From Octopus vulgaris (lineage: Eukaryota): a DNA stretch of 64,000 nucleotides. Made by a program: the position numbers and the translations under genes. Below the pieces are notes generated by a model. It was not told where the DNA came from. It worked only from the letters and a program-made list of their open reading frames with translations, and made no database searches. The stretch lies in assembly GCA_951406725.2 (NCBI GenBank), contig OX597817.1:90210001-90274000 (forward strand), written 5' to 3'. Of the stretch, positions 54,520 to 64,000 are shown piece after piece (position 1 is the stretch's first letter; every line of letters starts with the position of its first letter).

Positions 54520-54747
54520 TATATATATATATATATATATATATAATAAATATTAGGGAAAAAATCCAAACTTACAGGGAAAAAACAGATTTAGGATTGA
54601 ATCCAATTTTATAGTAAAATATTATATTATATTAAATTAGAGACTATTAGGCAAATCATACAATGAAAAACTTAAGGCAATACATAAGATTATTTAATTT
54701 ATATTATTAAAATATATAACAGAATTATTAAAAAAATATAATTAATA

Positions 54748-54818
54748 TAACACTACGATCGTTTCATGGTTGTTAATTTCTTTAAATTTTCGAGTTACAG
54801 TCATTCATCAGGTGGTTT
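54748..54818 (-). ncRNA. Minimal type I hammerhead ribozyme, catalytic core intact
   Basis: aaccac CTGATGA ATGACTGTAAC..ATTAACAACCAT GAAA CGATCG TA gtgtta: palindromic stem III ACGATCGT, GUA cleavage triplet, short stem I. Confidence 0.7.
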
Positions 54819-54859
54819 AAATATTTGTCTTGGCGAGGTTTAAACATTGTTTAAACTTT

Positions 54860-55000
54860 CGACTTTGCCTTTCATCCTTTCGGGGTCGATAAATTAAGTA
54901 CCAGTTACGCACTGGGGTCGATGTAATCGACTTAATACCTATGTCTGTCCTTGTTTGTCCCCTCTGTGTTTAGCCCCTAGTGGGTAATAAAGAAATAGGT
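54860..55000 (+). mobile_element. Young 5'-truncated SINE family B
   Basis: cgactttgcctttcatcctttcggggtcgataaattaagtaccag..taataaagaaata. Confidence 0.85.
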
Positions 55001-55993
55001 ATATACAGATCTTTGAGCTGTGGGCTGGAGAGGTAGTAAATATAATTTTGGCTGGCATGAGTATAAGCTTAGGGATCTACAGAAGGTTAATTTACTAGGT
55101 TGCATTTATAAATCCTTTATAAATAACATAAAAAAATTGATACCACTATAAGAAAACCTGAGATAGAAGATTAGATATTACTGAGGCATTATTTTACAGC
55201 TGGATGACATTCTGTTACTAATCCTTCTTCAAGTAAGGAGTTTATTTTTATTCTGCATGCCTGTGGGTAATTTGTGGACAGGAATTAACACTGTTTGTAG
55301 CTCAGTGACTTTTCACTCACACACACAATAGGTTTTGTATAATTTTTTTCTACGACACTCACAAGATTTTGGTTAGTCTGGTGCTACAATAGAAGACACT
55401 TGCCCAAAGTGCTGCAAATATGCATTTTTTATGTGCACGTGTGCCTGCATGCACACACACATACATTAGAAGATAATAAATGATCCACTCTATTGTTACT
55501 TAATGTCACTCACAGAAGTATATATTTGTCACCCTTCTGATAATATTGCAGTAAGTGTGAAAGATGACCAAAGATATTACGTTCATAGATGCAGGCTCAG
55601 TTTTCATTGATTAAAGGTAGTCACATGACTGGATTTATTGGAGATTGCAGAGCCACCGTACATGTGTGACTGTGATGTAGATGAAGGCAACTCAGACCAA
55701 AGCTATTGCCATCAAGAACAATTCCTCATGCAGGAACTAGATACAGCCAAATTTTATGAGTTGTGTTATCAATGCACATGGAATTTTGCAAGACTTTCTT
55801 CCACCACACATAGCAATCAGACAATACTTCAAATCTCTAGTTTATGTAATGTTACTAGTTACTCTAAAATTTGAAACTTCTCAGCTAGTAAACTCTATGG
55901 TTCCATGTTCAGCTAAAGTATGGCATCATTCTATAGACAGAGTTCCAAGTTATTAGTGAGATGGGTATACCAGCAAAAAATGAAATTATGATT

Positions 55994-56044
<51 letters not shown>

Positions 56045-56630
56045 TTGATGATGACGATGATGATCCTTATGATGATGATATACATTGCTTGCAACTTGCA
56101 GAATGAGAAAGAGAGAGAGAGAGGGAAGAGAGATGCAGAATGAGACAAAGAGAGGAAAGGGAGATGCAAATTGAGAGAAAAAGGGAGAGGGAGAGACAGA
56201 AAGAAAGAGAAAGAGAGCAAGAGAGGTAGACAAAGAAAGTATGAAAGATGCATAATATAAACATTTTAGATTTTTACTCAGCTCAAATTAAGGAATTCTG
56301 CATCATTTTCTGATTCCCCACTTGCATATCAACGCTACTTACTACCGTTTAGAAATATGAAAATATCGACATCATTATAGCTTTGTTGCTGATGTCTTGT
56401 TGTTCTTATTGCCTTTCAGCTTGTTTATGTTTTGTTATATATGCTACATTTGTTTATTTATTTTTTTGCATATATTACTGGATTGTTTGTAATAGATTTT
56501 AGGAGAAAATGGCTTTGTTCCCACATTTTATGCAATTACCTACATACAAACACACACATGCACACAAGAATTTATGAATACACACACACACAAACATATA
56601 ATGTATACAAACATAGAACGTGTGTATGTA

Positions 56631-56684
<54 letters not shown>

Positions 56685-56769
56685 TACACATACACATATA
56701 TGTATATATTCATATACATATATATAGCATGTACATATTCATGTATATATACAGATATATATATCTATG

Positions 56770-56868
<99 letters not shown>

Positions 56869-57612
56869 GTGTGTGTGTGCGCATGCAGACACACACATAA
56901 ATATACACATATTCATACGTATAGACATAGAAATACACATAACTATGAACACATACACATACATATAGATGTGTGTAATGCACGTGTGTGTATATGTATC
57001 TATGTATATATGTCTTGATATAGATATGCATATATACACACACATGTGCATGCATGCACACACACAAATATACACATGCACATCTATATATATACACACA
57101 CATATATAGATGTGTGTAGCATATGTGTGTGTGTGTGTGTGTGTGTGTGTATACACATATGGTAAGGGTTTCAGAAGCAGTATCATAACTAATGATTTAA
57201 ATCTGTTGTCAGGAACAGTTATTTCTAGACGTAGAAGTTCTACATCTGTATGGACACGCACACACATATATACATACATGTATGCTTGTGTGTGTGTATG
57301 TGCATGCACATATATGTGTGTGTACAGTGACATATACACACCTACACCAACATATACAAAGATGTTATCTTCATAAACCTCTAATTTATAGCAAAACCTC
57401 TATTTATATAAAAAAACATATAATGTGAAACTGTGGGAAGCTACAATGCACAACCTAATTTCAATTGTCATCTGTCAAATTCTGCTGAGACTGACTTTGA
57501 CTTTCATCCTTTTTAGGGTCAATGAAATAAGTACCAGTCAAGTTCTGGGGTAAATGTAATTGACTAGTCCCCTCCCCACCAAATTTCAGGCTTTGTGCCA
57601 ATAGTAGGAAGG

Positions 57613-57716
<104 letters not shown>

Positions 57717-57744
57717 CATCATTATTATTATCATTATTATTATA

Positions 57745-58212
57745 GACGTTGCACTGTATACAATATCGTGAGGTTGTTGATTGAAGATAATGTATTTACC
57801 GGGGGGTTTGTAGTTTGTCAAGTCACAACAAGGACCTCAGATAGACAGTACTTTATGCAATATGTGTGTAATTCCAAGTAAAGCTGACTTTTGCAATACA
57901 TCTAGGTTGTAGGGTATCTCTAAGGTTTTCAGATGTTTTTTTCAGATTGCGTGGTATTGAACTGGATGCTCTGATGACAATAGGGATATATTTGACTCTC
58001 ATAGGTACCACATCTTAGCAATCTCAGTTCTCAGGTCTCCATATCTATCAACTTTTTCTCTTTCTTTCATGATAATATGTTGATCTCCTGGCTCTGCTAC
58101 GTCGATTATTAGTCATTCTTGCTTGTCCCTCCTAAAGGTTACTATATCTGGCTTTCGTTGCTTTAACACTTGTCTGTCTGGAAATCAGAGTCCCAGAGGA
58201 TTTTTGCCTTCC
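57745..58212 (-). mobile_element. Degenerate R4/Dong-like LINE 3' fragment (fourth RLE family) in (TAA)n
   Basis: KILWDSDFQTD..KPDIV..IIDVAEPGD..KEREKVDRYGDLRTEIAKMW..QKSALLGITHILHKVLSI*; (att)n on both sides. Confidence 0.8.
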
Positions 58213-60027
58213 TTTTATTATTATTATCATTATTAAGTCGGTGAGCTGACAGAATCATGAGCACACTGCAAAATACATAACAGTCTTTTGTCTGCTGCTA
58301 TGTTCTGAGTTCAAATTCTGCTGAGGTCGACTTTGCCTTTCATTCTTTCAGGGTCAATAAATAAGTACCAGTTATGCACTGGTCCAGGAATTGAACTAAC
58401 AACCTCACAATTGTAAGCTCAATACTATAACCATTGAGCCATGATGGTGATACCAGTAGGATTAATGGTAATGATATGGTGACAATAGTTGCACTGATAA
58501 TGATAGTGATGATAACAATAGTTGTGCTGCTGCTGCTGATGATGATAGCAGTGGATTGATTTCAATTAAGAACTGAAACCAAACCGGTCACCATCATAGT
58601 GGATCAGCAGAATCATAGGAGAATCAGATAAAATATCCCATGGTACTTGGCTGTTGACCTGTGCCATTATCACATAATAGGCCTAAACAAGTATATCAGA
58701 ATGTAAAACTCCGCTCCACGTATGATTCAAGTGCTTGGATCAGCAGAATTAAAGTAATGTCAAGCTGCAACATCTAGGATTGAGGCTATATTACAAGTCA
58801 CTAACCAAGTGTACATACCAGCATACACTTAGTTATCTGAAATGATAATAAAAATTGGAGGACAGGCACCTAAAAACTGAAGATTAAAGAAAATAAAGAA
58901 GGTATTAACTAAGCATGAAAGAGACATGGCAGATTCGACTGGTTGAAGTATAGAAATTATGTCACAGATTGTTTATTAATCCGGTACTCTCTCTCTCACA
59001 CACACACAAAGACATATACACACACACAGTCACTCAGGAAAATCCACATTTTTAATACAAGTCCCATTCAGGCTGCATGCAAATCCTGGAATATACTCAT
59101 TCTCGGTATATACAGGTTTTCATTGAAGAAGAAGAACTGTACTGATGATCTTTTTTTGAAGAATCTCAGGGAGATGAAGGGAGACACCAAAGAGCTGACC
59201 TGACTATAATTGCCACAGAGTGGATTCTGCTAAAGGCCCTCAAGGTGCTAAGCAGTGGTGTTACGTAGGGCAAGTGATTAGGTTTATCTTTGGCAGGTTT
59301 ATATTCTGAAATTTAATCATGTGGTTTGGATCAACCTCTAAAGCTATGATTGAAGATACTAGTCATGAGTGAAGTGGAATCAAACCAAGAAAGATGTGAT
59401 TGGAAAGTCAACTTTTTAACCACTTTAGTTATGTATGTGCACCAAGTATTTCTATCATGATAAAAGAGTATATCACAAATGACCGTTAGTATATTAGAGT
59501 AACTTATGTAACCCATTTGTGTGCGGATGTGCATGCATTTGTGTGTAGGTGTTTGAGTATAAGTGTTTGATATTATTAATGCTACAATGTCAGTATAAAG
59601 GGAGATGTTGTTGGTTATTTCCAGGTTAACCTACATGAGCAGACCGATGGTCAATGCCATTTCAACTATGACTATTCTGTTAACTAGGTCTACATAATCC
59701 AATGTATCCTTCATATTGGTGTAATTTCATATAAGTGTAATTTGAGGAAGATCTGATAGTTATTTTGAGCAAGCTGATTGATCATACAGAAGCCATCTTG
59801 TTGATTTGGTTTTAGAAAAATGTTTGTACCTTGACACCATAAAGCTGTTATGCATGTAAGTGATAAAAAAGAGCACCTCTCTGGATGCAAAAGGAAGCAA
59901 ATAGGAGACCTGTGTAATGTAATGGATGATGCACTGAGTTATAAAAGTGAGTTATAAATTTTAAATGTGGATGATCTTCAAAATCTATCAACAAATGAGG
60001 GAAGTATGACAGAGAAAATGTGAACAG

Positions 60028-60067
<40 letters not shown>

Positions 60068-60776
60068 AAGAGAGGATGAATTTCAAAGGTATCAGCTGAT
60101 GTATGAAATGAAAATTGACTGTGCTTGAATGTTGAATGAACCAAGTATGAAGCAAGTGGAGAATGAATCTGGGGTCAAAATGTAATGTACTGAATATACC
60201 AGTAGTAGAGGGAGATGGAAAGAAATAGATATGTCAGACCTCAGGATGATTGAACTTACAGATGAAATGATGTAGGATCATGCCGAGAGACATGTACTGT
60301 GTGGTGTACTGGCTAAATGCATCCATGACAGCATAAAAAACAAAGGATGTCGAAAGAATGATGACAATGGTTATGATGATGAAGGTAATGGTGGTGATGA
60401 TGATGATAATGATGATGATGATAGTTCTGATTTTCTTAACGATGCAGAACATTGTAAAATAAAAAGTAAATCTAGTGAAGTTAGTGGCAGGACTATGTTT
60501 CATTTTAAATCTATGTCACACAATCCTCTTCCTTCATCACACTTCTAAATGCAACTTGGTACAATACTACTATACTCTCGTCATATGGTTTAGAATAAAG
60601 CAATAAGTGAGTACAGAGTATAATATTAATTATTGGATGACAAGAGAACAGGAATTACATGATTTGCTGCATTAGTTTCCAAATGCTTCTGATATAAGAA
60701 GCTGTGCAAAATCTTATAGAAACAGTTATAAGCTAATGAAACTGATTATATAATTCTTTTTCCATGGTTATTCAAT

Positions 60777-60839
<63 letters not shown>

Positions 60840-61067
60840 ATACATATAGAGTCTACTCTATAAAGTGGTTGGCACTAGGAAGGGCATCCAACCCTAAAAA
60901 CCATACCAAAACAGATGGTGGAGCTAGGTGCAGTCCTCTGGCTTGCCAACTCCTTTCAAACCAACCAACCCATGCCGGCATGGAAGATGGATGTTAAATG
61001 ATGATGATAATATGATTTGCCTTAAGGGAGCAATAGTTACACACACACACACACACACACACATCTA

Positions 61068-61881
61068 CAGGGTGTGATGGATAAATTGTTACTATATTAT
61101 ATTTTTAATTTCATGCATGCACATTGTTTGCTTTTGATTTTATCGACTACACAGTATAATAGAGTCAGTTGGGCACCATCTGTGGGAAGCTCCAATACAA
61201 ACACTTCAGAGTGTTTGGGTGTCAATCTGAAGACTTGTCATATCCTCAAAACATGTACTGAGAGTGATACAAATCAAACATCCAGTCAACATCATGGTGT
61301 TCGGAGTGATCTCTAGTGATGGTGACGTTATGCCTCCATTTATCTTCCCACACCACCTCAGGCTCAACACAGAGCCCTACATCAAGTGCCTGGAGGAGGT
61401 AATGTTGCCCTGGGTCAAGAGGGTGGCTGCTGGAAGTTCCTATGTCTGGCAACAGGTCTCTGCACCATGCCACACAAACAGGAGAACCCAGTCATGGCTG
61501 TCAGGCAATTTCTGTGACCACTTCACCCCTAATATTTGGCCACCTAACTCCCCAGACTGAAACTCCCTTGGTTATTATATATGGGGCACAGTTGAGCAAG
61601 AGAACAACAAAACTCCTTGTTACACCAAAGATGAACTGAAGGCAAAGATTATGGCAGCATTTACCAACTGAAACAAGGAGACTGTCCAGAAGAGATGCAG
61701 GAAATTGTGAAGTCGTTTGGAGGCCGGGGTTGAAGCCAATGACGATTTTATTGAATAAATTTACTCTTCAGTATTTCAAGATATTTCTATGTAATTTTGG
61801 TAAATATATCTGTTAAAATGAGATGTCAGTGTTATTTTCATTTTGGCATAATTTAGATGACAGTTTATCCACCACACCCTG
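61068..61881 (+). mobile_element. Internally deleted Tc1/mariner DD37D (maT-type) transposon
   Basis: ta|cagggtgtgatggataaattgt ... acagtttatccaccacaccctg|ta. Transposase remnant IMVFGVISSDG..WQQ(V)SAPCH..WPPNSPD*NSL(G)YYIW has 37 residues between the two mutated catalytic Asp positions. Confidence 0.9.
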
Positions 61882-62581
61882 TATATATGGTTTAGCTTTT
61901 AATATTGATTGGTATTTTAAGGGTGTAGAGTATCACTGATAATACAGTGCAGAAGAGTATCAGAGGTCAGTTCAGAGAGACATGGCAAAGCTCTTTGATA
62001 TAGATACAATGAATTTGAGTGTCAGGGTATGAGGTATAGGCTAGGTGTTGCAGATTTATGATGAACATCTGTAATATTTAACAATATATAACTGTAGAAC
62101 AATAACTGTTTCTAATATAGATACAAGTCAAGAAATTTGAGGGAGTGTAAGACAATTACATTGATCCCAGTACATGAGTACTCATTTATTTCACTGATCC
62201 CTAAAAATGATGAAAAGCAAAGTTGACCTCAACACCTTATGAACTCAGAACATAAAAAGCATGTTGTCTGATGCACTTACAATTCTGTCAGTCTGCAACA
62301 CTCACTACATAAGATGTAATAATCAATATCATTATAATTATATGATATATATTGTTTTAGTCCAATAACAAGATCTTAAATCAAATTTAGATGATTGTAT
62401 CTACATATGTTGCTTATTTCCATAGATATGATCACAGACCAAATATTAGATATATTGTTTTAGTCCTAACATATGATTTTAGATAAAATATAGATTATTA
62501 TGGATAGATAACATAATACTGTTTTATTACTAACACATGATCTCAGATCAAATATAGATTATTAATATATCCATATAAATT

Positions 62582-63335
62582 ATCGTGGAGTATATTTGCC
62601 ACCTAAATGTGGAGGACACATAGGAGATGATGCTACTGTTGTTTATAGCCCCAGGAAGACATTTCCTCCAGCTGGCTAACGACACACTGTCTGTGGCTGA
62701 TTAGTATTTGCGAAGGGAAATCATCATTAACATCTCTGGGTTTCTGTGTAGTAACCCATCACCAGTGTGTGACAATCACCAGCTAGCGATGAGAACTCAT
62801 ACCAAGTGCAGAATACTATATGCTTTTTCCTGTAACAAACTGTCGCTTATCTCGAAAAAGGAGAAACAAGCAATAATAAATCTCTGAGTGAGATGTAAAC
62901 AGCAGCAGCATGGAATCATGAAGTATATTTGCCACCTAAATGTGGTGGACCCATAGGGGACAATGCTACTGTTGTTTATAGCCCCATGAAGACATCTCCT
63001 CCAGCTGGCTAACAATACACTGTCTGTGTCCGATTAGTATTTGTGGAGGGAAATCATCACTAGCTGGTGATTGTCACATGCTGATGACGGGTTACTATTC
63101 AGAAACCTGGGTCTGTGTGTATCACATAAGGCTAGAGATGAGAACAAGGATTTCCCTTTGCAACTACTAATCGGACAGAGACAGTGTGTCATTAGCCAGC
63201 TGGAGAAGATGTCTTCCTGGGGCTATAAACAATAGTAGCATCATCCCCTATGGGTCCACCACATTTAGGTGGCAAATATACTTCACAACTCCATGCTGCT
63301 ACTGTTTATGTCTCGTTCAGAGATTTATTATTGCT
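62582..63335. mobile_element. Hammerhead-containing non-coding repeat: ~1.6 tandem units on - plus an inverted unit on + (retrozyme or Penelope pseudo-LTR-like)
   Basis: Direct repeat offset 333 bp (tatatttgccacctaaatgtgg at 62591 and 62924); inverted arms 62869-63055 and 63149-63335. Confidence 0.8.
63067..63125 (+). ncRNA. Type I hammerhead ribozyme
   Basis: gtgat tgt cacatg CTGATGA cgggt tact attca GAAA cctggg TC tgtgtg t atcac: core at 63081-63087 and 63102-63105, predicted cleavage after C63113, stem I with internal loop. Confidence 0.8.
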
Positions 63336-64000
63336 ATATAAACTATGTTTTACTCTTAATATGTGATCCTGACCAACTTATTTGTGAAATAAGTACAACC
63401 TACTAGATATTCATTCTTCAATTCCTAATTAAGGATTTTATTTTGTCATGGCTTTCACTCAAAATCTTTTCAAATATATTATGGCTTCATGAAATATGGT
63501 CACAATGATATAGCAAGTGACAAATGTTATAAGAATAGACTGAATTACAAACTTGTAAGGAGTTGATTTGTTGGAGATTTGGTTAGCTGTTGTTGTGCCC
63601 TTTAGGGTAACAACAGTGAACCAAATCTCTCAAAAATATAGTTGGCAGCTGTTGTTGTTGGTTAACCCTAGGTAGTTCCAACCACGACTGTTACATCTGT
63701 TTATCAGGCACAGTGCACTCAAGACCATATTATTCCAAGTGTTCTTTTCAAGTATGCTAAGATATGATTTAAGAATTTAGCTGCTATTTCTGGCATGTTG
63801 AGCAAACAGTGCCAAGATTTCCTTGCTGTTTGATATTTCTAGCAGGTTGACAATGTAGAGGTTTTCTTGTTAGCTTGACACAATTTAGCAGCTGATATAA
63901 GACAGAAATAAGTTAGACTCCATGCAGGTGGGTGGACAGGTAATTAAATAGATATACAAAACTATAAATAGCTGAGTGGTAATACATGACTGCATGTTTA

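Overview
AT-rich, microsatellite-saturated animal genomic DNA; the SINE/LINE repertoire suggests an octopus (inference). Only one host coding exon is well supported: a 229-nt minus-strand exon (6799-7027) encoding the DEP domain of an Epac/RAPGEF4 cAMP-regulated Rap GEF. The rest looks like a very large intron or flank filled with mobile DNA: RTE LINEs (one lineage with a PHD-like finger inside the RT region, and a GC-rich RTE-1-type copy), R4/Dong-type restriction-like-endonuclease LINEs sitting in (TAA)n, three tRNA-derived SINE families, Penelope-like fragments, a DD37D/maT transposon, a pogo/Tigger remnant, and hAT- and piggyBac-type MITEs. The most interesting signal is not in the ORF track. 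At least six hammerhead-ribozyme motifs of the minimal type I, palindromic stem-III kind can be folded by eye. Two keep the catalytic core: 63067-63125 (+) and 54748-54818 (-). The 63 kb ribozyme lies in a non-coding unit of about 350 nt arranged as tandem plus inverted copies, a candidate retrozyme or Penelope-derived mini-element. All calls were made by eye and no database searches were run.
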